NCBI GenBank assembly: GCA_965287045.1
Contig: OZ336880.1
Location: 10,416,001 to 10,480,000, forward strand
Origin: Carcharhinus amblyrhynchos
Lineage: Eukaryota
Length of the DNA stretch: 64,000 nt
Reading direction: 5' to 3'
The notes below the pieces were generated by a model. That model did no database searches. It saw only the letters and a list, made by a program, of their open reading frames with translations, and was not told the DNA's origin. This document shows positions 40,745 to 51,470 of this stretch, one piece after another (the stretch's first letter is position 1; every line of letters starts with the position of its first letter). Both the position numbers and the translations under genes were made by a program.

Positions 40745-41661
40745 AGGCTAATATTTTCAGGCCAACGGAATTCCCTCGTTAGGGCAGATCAGTTGTAAGC
40801 AGTTTGGCAGAACATTCCAGCAAGTTTCATGCAGTTTGCTTGTTAGTACTGGGGGGAATGCAAGTGAACATTTGCAACTGTGCTGATGGAGAGGGGGTTC
40901 TGATGGATCAGTGCATCAATGATTGGGGACAGGGGAGAGAGAGGAAGGTTTCACACAGCCATCGGAGTCTGGAGGAGATGGGGGCCTTGTGCAGGAGGGC
41001 CTGGGGTGGGGGTGAGGGGGATCACTCTGCCTGATATCTGGAGGGGGGAGGGTGGATCTCTCTGCCTGAGATCAGTGAGGAGGAAGGGGGGGGTCCACTG
41101 CTGCTCTGCCTGAGATCAGTGTTGAGGGGAGGGTGGTCTGCTGCCATCCTGCCTGAGATCAGTGGCGAGGAAAGAGGGGTCCGCTGCCCTCTGCCTAAGA
41201 TCAATGGCAGGAAATGGGGGGGGGTCTGCTGTCGCTCTGCCTGAGATCAGTGGGGGGAGCGGGGGGGAGGAATCTGCTGCCACTCTGCCTGAGATTGGTG
41301 GAGGGAAGGGGTTAGGGGCCTGTGATTGATCTGGATAGTGGGGGGGTATAGGGATAAGGGGGTCAGTAATGTTGTGGGGAGTGGGGCAATGTCTGTGGGG
41401 CCAGGGGGAGGCATTATCCGGCCCAGGAGGGATGCAACAGGGAAGCGTTATTCTATCTTTTTTTCGCGCGTGCACAGTTGGATGTGACAATCAGAGCTGC
41501 AGGATTTTGGGTGTGTTAGGCCTTGCCCACAGGCTTGTGCAGCGCAGTTTGGAATCGCTGATATTTTTGCGTTTAGGGGCATCAGAGAACGGGTTAGATC
41601 TGAAACATTCCCAGTTTCATGTCTGCCCAGCACTTTGAATCAAAATAGTAAAATAGGGCCC
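40745..41661. mobile_element. Harbinger-type non-autonomous element with internal tandem array
   Basis: Right TIR gtaaaatagggccc is nearly the reverse complement of the TIR at 62642 (gggcccgattttac); left boundary tentative. Confidence 0.7.
41020..41300. repeat. Seven-unit array of ctctgcctgagatcagtg with variable G/A-rich spacers (~35-48-bp period)
   Basis: ctgcctgagatc-like cores at ~41027, 41062, 41106, 41149, 41191, 41237 and 41285. Confidence 0.85.
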
Positions 41662-43325
41662 TTCATTCAAGCACTTCCATCCACTTTGAATGTACATCAA
41701 CAAGGAGTAAAAACATTGTGCATATGAATGGACTAACATAATCAATATACACTTGTGCCTATGGCCAGCCAAGCCATTCCAAAGGGTGCCGTGGAACTGC
41801 AGCAAACACTCTTTTTTTACAATTGCCACTTCACAATGCTTGACTGGGTTCTCAATGTCAGCATCAGTGCCAGACTACCACACATAACACTCGGCAAGCA
41901 TTTTCATCTGAGATATATCCGAATGGACGTTGTGCAAATTTGGCTGGGAGCAACTCCCTTCTTGGTCAGAGATGACTACTCTGGTTCCCCAGAAGTATGA
42001 TGTCAACTTAGCAATTCAGCTCATGTATTTGTAAAAAAATATTGTTTTATCTCTTCAAAAACTGGCTTATTAGCCCAACCCATTAGTATACTGTGTCTCA
42101 CTTTGGACAGCACTGGTGTGGATCCTGACTGGTCCAGTACCTTTTCCGTTTTGCCTCGACTAGCCTAGATTGTCAATGCCATGATAATTTACTGTGGTAC
42201 TGGGGGAGATACAATAGTTAGGCAACTAAGTGCATCCACATTTGCTGTGGTTTTTCCGGGTTGGCGCTTGAAGGTATATACATAGTTGGAGAGGATTAAC
42301 AGGTGACGCTGAATTCTTGCCAATGCAAGTTGTAGAATAATCTTATCTTCTTTAAAAAGACTCAAAAGCTGTTTGTGATGGGAAACAATGGTAAAATGCT
42401 TACTGTACAAGTATGATTAGAATTTCTTGACACCAAAAGCTGTTGATAATTCTGCTTTCTCAATTTGTGTCTAACTTTGTTCAGCTTCTGAGAAGTTTCT
42501 CAAGACATACCCTATTGGCCTTTTGGATCCATTGTCCACCGCATGGGACAACACTGTATCAATGCAATGGGAGGCATCACAGGTTAACACTAATTCCTTA
42601 GATGAGTCAAACTGCACCAGTAAACTCAATCGTCAGAATTCTACAGTCCCGCGGAATTGGAGCAGGCAAGGGGTGACGACAGTGGGAAGATCCATTGACC
42701 TGAGGCAGAATTTTCTGGTCTCGGGTCGAGTGGCCACTTTAAACCTGCATGCATCAGGGGAGTGATTACCCTTGCTCTGGAAAACTCTACTTTAATCCTA
42801 GGTGTGTGATTGATTCCCACTCTATTCGTGGATGCATTTGCTTCCCCTTTTAAAATGACATCTTAATTTTTATCACCATTGCTGACTGCAGGTTCTCACC
42901 CTAACTGGTGAACTATGCCATTTTGCCTGATCTGAAGAGTCTTCTCAGCATTCTCCATCACCAGCGCCAGTTTCTTAAAATTTATATCTGCCGCTGCTAA
43001 TAGCTTCCTTTGGATGGTCTCATTATTTATCCTGCAGACTAAATTGTTCCAAAGCATATCATTGAGAATGATTCTGAAGTCACAGTGCTCTAAGATCTGT
43101 CTTAACTTGGTAATATAATTTGCAGTAGTTTCCCTAGAGAGTTTCCTGGTTGACTTAACCCTAAATTGCTGCAATATTCCCAATTGCTTTGGGAAGAAGT
43201 GTGTTTTTACCAATTCAACTATCTCAGTGAATGAGTTGGAGTCAGGCACACTTAGGGATGTGAGGCTGCATATTAAATCATAGGTGTGGGTTCTACACGC
43301 ACTCAGAAGAATTGCTAAATTGCTT
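41662..43325 (-). pseudogene. Gypsy gag / RNase H / integrase N-terminal remnants
   Basis: AILLSAC..PDSNSF..LRQILEHCDF..IQRKLLA (gag); FTIVSHHKQL..ARIQR..ANVDALS (RNase H region); HPLEW..YIDY..DVHSKWMEV (integrase). Confidence 0.85.
42630..42750. mobile_element. ~120-bp MITE inserted in the Gypsy remnant
   Basis: gtcagaattctac...ccattgacc...ggtcgagtggcc resembles 31984-32098. Confidence 0.5.
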
Positions 43326-43379
43326 GCAGCTGATCAAGGGACAGCTCCATTAAAAACTCAAGAATGGACAGGCAGGCAG

Positions 43380-44030
43380 GCATTCCTGCACAAAATATGC
43401 GCACAACCAGCCCCCCGCACAACCTGCGCACAACCTGGGGAGGCTATTGGATGCAGCAGAGGTGAGGCGGGGCACCCTCTTCCCCCCAGGAGGACACAGA
43501 CCGGGGCGGGGGTGGGGTGGGGTGGGGGCTGCTGGAAATGCGGCCTGGGAGGAAGTCGCCATCTCGGTCAATGCCAGGGCACTGGCACCCTGAACTGAGA
43601 AGCAGTGCAGGAAAAAAGTCAATGACCTCATTCATGCAGCAAGGGTGATTGCTGAATCCTATCTTGCATCTTGCCCCAAATCTCTCCCAGATCCTCCCAT
43701 CCCCTGCACCCTGCGTGCTTCCAGCTCCTGACCCCGAAGCAGCTCCTTCCTATCTCTCCCAAGCCCCACTGCGCTTGCCTTCTAAGAGCCACCACCTGAT
43801 ACTATGCAGGAGTCATGCCACCATTTCTTTCATGGCTCCTTCTCTCTCCACAGGCGAAGACCGATCATAACACCCATGAGAGGCCAAAAACAGGGGGTGG
43901 TGAGCCAGACCTCCAGGTCCTCACCCCCTTTGAGGACTGGGTTCTGAAGCTTTCAAGAGAAGGGGAGATGCAGGCTGTTGGTGACAGCATGGTTGGGCTG
44001 CTGTCGAGACATAAGCACCTGTCATTCCTC
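43380..44030 (+). pseudogene. Harbinger Myb/SANT (NAIF1/MSANTD-like) two-exon gene remnant
   Basis: NLGRLLDAAEVRRGTLFP..AAWEEVA..QCRKKVNDLIHAAR, GT at 43645, tctctctccacag acceptor at 43853, then in frame AKTDHNTHERPKTGGGEPDLQVLTPFE. Confidence 0.85.
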
Positions 44031-44032
44031 CA

Positions 44033-44310
44033 CTCAGGTGTGAGGGGTAAGGTTTAAAGATGTATGAGGCATAATTATTTGCGCAGAGAGAGTAGTGTTG
44101 CTTGGAACCCACTGCCGGGGGGTTGCGAATGCAAATACGATAGTGACCTTGAAGGGGCGTCTTTCCAGCTATATGAATGGGATGGGAATAGAAGCATATG
44201 GTCCCCGAAAGGGTAGGGGATTACAAATTAAAAGGTCAGCCTGGCTGCTACAGGCTTGAAGGGCCAAAGGGCCTGTTCCTGTGATGTAATTTTCTTCGTG
44301 CTTTGTTCTA
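44033..44310 (+). mobile_element. CR1 3' fragment (different subfamily)
   Basis: ggtttaaa..tggaacccactgcc..ggcttgaagggccaaagggcctgttcctgtg..ctttgttct end. Confidence 0.8.
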
Positions 44311-44389
44311 TGTTCAATGAGGAAATGTGACACTTTGGTGGATCCAGTTAATGGTGAGGCTTCTGGATCATTCTTTGGTGAGCAAGACA

Positions 44390-45115
44390 CATCTGATAAT
44401 GTACATCATTTATCACCTTCTATGGCGTAAAGCACAGTAAGATACCACCCAGCATCCAGTGGACTAGCTGAAGGAGCCGTCCAAACTATGTCTGGCCTAA
44501 AAAGACAGTTGGAAGATATCCTGGAGACCAAAAATCTCACAATTCCTTCAGGACTGAAGGACCACTGCACCTGCAACAATGGAGCACTGCCAAAAGATTT
44601 GCTAATGAACCATTGTCTCAGAAGGACACTGAGCTTTGTGTTTCCAAATTTTCTGGGAAGGGTAGAGGCCAGCCGAAGCATGCAGAAGACAAATCATGAT
44701 TCATGTAAGTCAACAAGGTGGTTTTCAATGGATGAAGCCGTGAATGTGAGGCATTTTGGATGTGGGTCAAATTGGGTTCCTGGAGTTATTGTACCTAAAA
44801 CTGGATCCCTGTCTTATCAAGTGGATGTAGAAAGAAGGATCACCTGGAAACAAGTAGACTATTTGACAAAACAAGGGTTGCCCCAGCAGCCAGTACTGCT
44901 ATCAGAAGCTATATTGCCATTGGAAATGCTGTGGACCAGCCAAGCATTGTCGTCCTGTGGCAGGCACAACTGGTGTCTACATGGCAACAGATATAACGGA
45001 ACTGCTTGAGCCTGAAGAGGCAGCTGCCATTGTGGTTTCAGCCGACAGCAATCCTGTGGAAGTGCCCCAGTCAGAGAGGTTCCACCACTCGATAAGGATT
45101 CGGAAACCACCTGAA
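44390..45115 (+). pseudogene. Gypsy integrase core / C-terminus remnant
   Basis: SDN.., YHPASSGLAEGAVQT and WVPGVIVPKTGSLSYQV (ORF 44488-45009). Confidence 0.85.
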
Positions 45116-46419
45116 AGACATAATTTATAATTGACTAAATTCTTGTACTAAATGTTTAATTATCATGAACTGTGTAATTTGAGTAATGACACTTGTATAA
45201 AAAGACTTAGCAGGAGAAAGATGCGATGTGTTGATTGTCCTTTGAAGGATATAGATTAAGGGTCAAATGACCCAGGGAACCAAATGGGCAACAAGCTTCG
45301 GGGGGTGGGAAGGTGGGACCACCCTCATGAGCACAGTTTTCTATTCCAGAACTTTCTCAGGAGTTGATTGGCAGCCATGAGGCTACAAAACCCTATATTA
45401 TAATTATCTGTAAATAAACATTGCAGTTATTTACCAAAGTGGTGAATCACAATTATTACAGATTTCTTTCTTTGTAAGTCTATTCATCTCATCAAGTGAT
45501 ATTTAAAATAGGTTTCTTTTCATTATAAAATGCTTCTTTATGGAAAACAGCTATGCCAAGTTTGATTGATTCCATTTGAAGGATTCCGTCTTATTCTTTG
45601 CCCCCATTTGAGATGGCTCTTCTTTATACAGAAGGACAAGAAGGATGCATTCTTTGTATTCAGGTGCCACTGAATTGATTCTAGTACCCCCTTAACTTAT
45701 TTTCTATCTCTTACTTTTGCTTACATCTGCCCCTTATCTATCTTCCCATATTTAATACTTCATAATCCATCAAATGGTGGTAAAGGAGCAAGCACTGTAG
45801 TGTAACACACTTTCTCAGTAACGCCTCTTTGGTATATAAAAACCGTAGTAAACAGGAAAATGTGTTTGAACAGTTGATTAGACAAAGGCACACTAATTAT
45901 AAACACTCTATGTTAACAGTTACAATGCAAATTCTGTGCATCTTCTAGTTGCGCAGACTTTGCATTATAGCTGTTCCAATTCAATTGCTTAAACTGGCTT
46001 TTTGTACCCATCTGGTTATTGATAGCTCACTCACAAACAAAAATAACTTGAAAGTAACACAGGATCACCAATTCCAGTAGATTCAGCATGGCACTAAATA
46101 ACCCCATCTCTTATGATGCTGTCCAAATGTGATCCAATGAAACAAATCAAGAACTCTAACTTCAGCAGCTTGGGTTTCAACTCTGACATCAATGATACAT
46201 TATAAATGTATTACTGGAAGTTTACAAAGCTGGGTTTTGTGAAACTCTTAGCTCCACTCCTATCTCAGCTTACAATATATATTTCCTATTCCTTTGGGGA
46301 GCTAGTGTAACTGGTCTTAGCTGGGTTATTGGAGCAGTGAATTAATTTGTTTGATGCCCATCCCATTAAAATCATTCAGGCAATGGTAGTAATGATTCCT
46401 GTATATATATATTTTAAAA

Positions 46420-46700
46420 ATTAATTTACGGGTTGTGGACGTTGCTGGCTAAGCCAGCATTTATTGCTCATCCCTGCTTGCCCTTGATAACACAGTAAAA
46501 AGTCTGTTGTCAGACTTTTTACTGTGTTTACGCCAGTCCAACGCCGGCATACCCACATCATGCCCTTGATAAGGCAGTGGTGAGCTGCCTTCTCGAACCG
46601 CTGCAGTACCTGAGGTGTAGGTGCACCCACAATGCTGTTCGGGAGGAAATTCCACGATTTTGATTCAGCAACAGTGAAGAAACAGTGATGTATTTCCAAG
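46420..46700 (-). mobile_element. LINE (CR1/L2-clade) 3' end
   Basis: Minus strand reads FFTVAESKSWNFLPNSIV..FEKAAHH followed by aataaatgctggc; same 3' end as the SINE at 48662. Confidence 0.75.
46491..46560. mobile_element. 70-bp hairpin-containing insertion with a 12-bp TSD (probably a Penelope-like end)
   Basis: tgcccttgataa duplicated at 46479-90 and 46561-72; perfect inverted repeat cacagtaaaaagtctg-ttgt-cagactttttactgtg. Confidence 0.75.
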
Positions 46701-47013
46701 AGGTCTTGTGGTGCAGTGGGTAGCATCCCTGCCTCTGAGTCAGAAACTCCAGGTTCAAGTGTCATTCCAGGACTTAATGGCCAAGGTAGGTGTGTTCGCG
46801 AAGTAGCCAAACAGGTTGAGTGTCAACCTGCTAGATCCTTCCAAACTCACCAATGGCTTGTGGTAAGATTGAGAGACTCCTGGTCAGCCACATCTGAGGT
46901 GCAGTGGCAATCCTCATGCCATAAGCTTCTGAACTGGCAAGCTGTTCTGGAATTACTAACTAAGGAAACAGATGCATGTCTGCCTTACTGCACTGCTAGG
47001 TACAGGAAGAGAA
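46701..47013 (+). mobile_element. tRNA-derived SINE (distinct family)
   Basis: A-box tggtgcagtgg and B-box ggttcaagtg; body unlike HE1 or Deu SINEs. Confidence 0.65.
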
Positions 47014-47019
47014 TTGGAA

Positions 47020-47190
47020 CTGGTATCTTTTATATCCACCTGAGGGCATTGTTATATCTTATTGGGAAAACAGCACCTCTGACAGTGCCCTGCATTCTCA
47101 GTACTACACCACTTTAGATTTGTGTGCTGAAAAGTCTTTGGAGCGGGAGTTGCAAACTTCTGATCCAGAGGCAGCCTCTGTTTTGAAATA
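47020..47190 (-). mobile_element. Deu-domain SINE fragment
   Basis: atcttttatatccacctgag..aaacagcacctctgacagtg..ctcagtact. Confidence 0.55.
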
Positions 47191-47224
47191 CTCAACTGTG
47201 GGCTGAACATACACAACTCTCTGA

Positions 47225-49380
47225 GGTAGAAAATTTCCAAGGATTTACAACCTTTTGAATAAAGTGGATTTTCCTATTCCCAATCCTAAATGGTCGACCT
47301 CTTATTCTGAGATCATTTACTCCATGTACTAGATTCCCCAGCAAGAGGAAACATTTATTCAGCACCTACTTATTCTAAGTCCCTTAGAAATAGTAAATGT
47401 TTAAATGAGACACTTCACATTCCTCTAAGCTCCAGGGATTATAGGCCTGGAATTTTCCTGTAATTTGTCAGAGGTGTCAAGCCCTGACTGGAAATCTCTC
47501 CAGATCTCTCTGGAATTTTCAGACCAAATCATTAGCCACAAAAAAACATCAGGAAGCGTGGTTTATGCCATCAGTTTGGCCCCCAATAGTGCTCCCAGAT
47601 AGTAGTGCCAACCTGTGCTGGGTAGTGTCAGGACTGCCCAGGCATGGCCCTCTTCCCCTGAGTACTACACTTACTTTGCTGTCCCTGGCGGGATTCCCTT
47701 AATTGAATCCTGTTCTTCTGAAGCCACTGTAAACTTGGCCAGTGTGATGTCATGTCAATGATCCAACCTCCTCCCCTCCCCCCAAAATGAAATGGTGACA
47801 CCTCCCCCCCCCCACCCCGCCACCTCGACTGATCAGGAGAGCACCATTAACCCCTCATTGACTCCCCCACACACAAAAAATGGGTAACACTCCCTGACAC
47901 TCACAGACATGAGATTAACCCGACCTGACTCACCACCCCCAACTTAGCCTCCTTTCCCCTCAGACTCCCTCCTCAGCCCCCTTCCTCCTCAGAATCCCAA
48001 CTCAGCCCTCCCCTGCTTCAGATTCCCCATTCAGGACCCCTCCCCTCTCAGACCCCCACTCAACCTCCCTTCAGGCCAAGCACTTTGGCAGTTCAAACCA
48101 CCTGAAAGAGGAAGTGAAACTACTGGCTGACAATCAGGATTAGACTCTTTTACATTGCAGTCAGGTTCAATGGGGTACTTGAGGTGCAGTCAACCATAGG
48201 CAAATCAAAATAAAAACAGGTGGCTAGAGGGTGATGGAAATCCCTTGATCTGATAGCTGAATTTTTACAAGGCACTAACTTGTTAGTCTAGATTATAAAT
48301 AGCTGAGACCCATGTACTGATTCTTGTCCTGCTAATTACTGCTTGCCAACCATAAAACAACTTGTCTATTTATATTCTCATTTTTTAAACTTTAACCAAT
48401 CTAATCCTCAATCCTTGCTAATATATTCCTTAATTCCTCAGGTCCTAATTTTGTGTAATAACCTCTTTTGTGGCACCTTATTGAATGCTTTATAAACATC
48501 CAAATGCACTCCACCTGATGGTTCCCCTTATCAATACCACAAATTCTATCATTACAAAGTTGTAACAGATTTGTAAAACATGATTTCCTTTACATAAATC
48601 CATGTTGAATCTGCTCAGTAATACTACAATTTTCTAAGTGCCTTGTTGCCAGATTCTAGTATTTATTAATTCTTTCATGGGATGTGGGCATCATTGACAA
48701 GGTCAGCATTTGTGCCCATGAACAATTTGTCTTGAATCGAATGGTTTGCTGTGCCATTTTGGATGGTATATAAGAGTCAACCACATGGTTGTGGGTTTGG
48801 AGTGACATGTAGGCCAGCCCAGGAAAGGATGGCAGATTTCCTTCCCTCATTAGAGTACCTGATAAATTTTATGACAATTATCCCATGGTTACCAGTACTG
48901 AAGCAATTTTAGTTCTTTGGTATTAATTTTATTTCAATTCCATCAACTGTCATGGTGAGATTTTAACCTATGCCACCAGACCATTAGCCTGGTCTTCTGG
49001 ATTACTAGTCCAGTGACATTACCACACCACCATCATTCCTTAACTGGGCTAAACTTTATTTTTTCTATCATCCTTCCTCTTAATACCATGACTTTGCTTG
49101 CTGTCTTCTAACCCTTGGAAGTTGTTACAAAACCAAAGGAATTTAGGAAGGTGAAAGCAAATGCATCCAATTTCTGTGCACCTACCTCTTTTAATATGTG
49201 ACCAGGTCCACAGGGTGTGCTGCCACTGAATCTAATTCATCTCTCTAATTTTGTTTCTCTACTTATTTACTGATTTATTTAAGTTCTTCATTCTCATTGA
49301 GTCTTGATTCCTCCCCCCACCCACCCCACCACTCCATTATTTCTGGAACGGTTTTTGTGTTTTTCTCCAGTTTAAACAGA
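47225..49380 (-). mobile_element. Old fragmented CR1 interrupted by a MITE (~47444-48245) and a SINE
   Basis: Decayed matches to the young CR1 minus strand (ggcaccttattgaatgc, ggttccccttatc, aaacatgatttcc). Confidence 0.6.
48662..49035 (-). mobile_element. tRNA-derived SINE sharing its 3' end with the LINE at 46420
   Basis: Minus-strand head gtggtaatgtcactggactagtaatccaga; tail cccacatcccatgaaagaat. Confidence 0.7.
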
Positions 49381-49719
49381 TACAAAGGCCCTGATTTGTG
49401 TGGATTCATGAAAAATCTGCAACTTATCGAAAGTGGCCTGGGACACTGGATCTGAAGGTTTGATCCCCATTGTTGACAGATCCTAGGAGTCTCAGGGCAG
49501 CATGGGTGAAAGGAGGCAAGATGCAAAGTACACTAAGGGGAAACTGGAACACAGCAGAGCCATTTGAACTCAGTACTTAGATCAAACAGACCCCATTTTT
49601 GCTGGAGAAATGTTTGCAGTGTGTGACTTACAATTTTTAAAAGTAGAAGTGAACACTCAAAAAAGATGGGTAAGGTTTGTGGAACTGTCAATCTGGCAAG
49701 TTCTTTAAATCCCCTGTCC

Positions 49720-50303
49720 TTTAAATTTGGGAAAAAGGCTAGTCAAAGCAAAAAATAACCTCCCCAACGGCCCACCATGGAGGTCTCAGGGGCTCCCTCC
49801 CTTCCACAATCAGAGCCAGCAGCCCTCCTCCCTGCACTCAGAACAGCATCCCCTTCCCCTTGATCAGAGTTGACATCTCTGCCCCACCCCCCAAACTGTC
49901 AATGCCAGCACTTCCCCTTCCCCCGAACATCGCTAACATTGGATTCCTTCCCTGGCCACCCCCCCAAAACAGACATCACTAGCACTCCCAACTTTCACAT
50001 GAGCTCCCCCATGAGGCTTCCATTGGGGTCCACCCCGTCCCCGGCAATAGGTTGGGTGAACATGTTAAACCTTACCAACTATGAAAATACACCTGGGGGG
50101 AATGCATGTCAGGGGTGGGAGGGAGGTGGATATTTAATTATATGCAAATGTATTCAATTCATGAATAATGGCACCAGGGACTTGGTGGCGAAAATCAGAG
50201 ATCACGATTTCGCCAGCGCGATTCACGATTTTTAGCTTCTGCTGGATCTTGAGCCCTTGTCGCCATTCCCGCAGAAGGAGAGAGTGGGCTCAAGATCCCG
50301 CCC
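49720..50303. mobile_element. Harbinger-type MITE remnant
   Basis: Right end caagatcccgccc; C-rich interior; left boundary uncertain. Confidence 0.45.
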
Positions 50304-50314
50304 AATGTCACTGA

Positions 50315-50732
50315 GTTGAGAATTCCAAAGATATATGACTCTCTGAGATAATATGCTCCTTCTCGTCTCCATCTTTAATGGGAGACTACTTACTTTGAAA
50401 CTGTGCCCCCTAGTTCTAGATTTCCTCACAAAAGGAAGCTTTTGTTCGGTGTCTTCCCCCCAAACCCTTTCCAGAATCTTAGAAGCTTCAAAAGGCCACT
50501 TCTCGGTCTTCTAAACTCCAATGAGTACAGGCCCAACCTGCTCAATCATTCCTCTTAAGACAAACCCCTCATCCCAAGTATCAAACAAGTGAACCGTCTC
50601 TGAACTGCTTCCAATGCAAGCATCCTTCCTTGAGGAAGGTGATCAAAACTATATGCTGTATACTAAGCATGGTCTCACCAATGCTCTATGCAGTTGTAAA
50701 CAATGCTTTCCTATGTTTATTCTCCAACTGAA
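50315..50732 (-). mobile_element. CR1 3' fragment
   Basis: LQLHRALVRPCL and SRTRGHSFKV..SQRVIYLWNS on the minus strand. Confidence 0.8.
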
Positions 50733-51470
50733 CATATTATCCATACAAAATGAGTCACGTGGATTCTGGGTGATTCCAAAGTTAAGTGGGCAACCTATTA
50801 TGGAGGTTGACACTGGTGCTGCTGAAGCTGAAGCTTCTTCCTTCAAAACAAGCTGATGTGATTTTAAAGACATTCAAGCAAGTAATTGAGCTATGAAAAG
50901 GTTACATCATGGTCAACGTAAAGTTAAGTGGACAAACAGTTGAGTTGACTCTCCATGTGGTCCACAGTAATTTTCTAGCTCTTTTCGGGAAATCATAGTT
51001 AGAGAAGATAAAGCTTAAATGGAATGCCATTAACAGATTGATCAGTGCCAAAACATATCTATAGTATATTTTGAACAAATACAGGACTGTATCCAAAGAG
51101 ACACTTGGTTAAATTGAGGGAGTTCAAGTGAAACTCAAGATAAAGCTTAATAATCAACCAAAAAGTCTCAAAGCAAGAGCGATGCCATATGCAATTCACC
51201 CAAAGGTTGAAGAAGAATTAGTATGACTTGTCAACACAAGTATGTTAGAGCCGGTTACATTGAGTGACTAGGATACCACCATCATACCTATCATGAAGTC
51301 AGATGATCTGTTCATGTTTGTGGTGATTTTAAAACAACCATAAATGCAGTGTTGTGTGCTGATCAATGTATCTAGAACATAAGAACATAAGAAATAGGAG
51401 CAGGAGTAGGCGATCTAGCCCCTCGAGCCTGCCCCGCCATTCAATAAGATCATGGCTGATCTGTCGTGAC

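Larger units (their letters stand above)
40669..45460. mobile_element. Degenerate, internally rearranged Ty3/Gypsy element
   Basis: LTR start at ~40670 resembles the 3' LTR 45222-45460 (gattgtcc..aaggat..gggtca.atgac); PPT-like aggagaaaga at 45212; gag/RNaseH/IN-N on minus (41662-43325), IN-C on plus (44390-45100). Confidence 0.75.

Noticed and set aside
41020-41300. CRISPR array
   Set aside because: Eukaryotic context, no cas genes, degenerate repeats, short low-complexity spacers, and it lies inside a MITE
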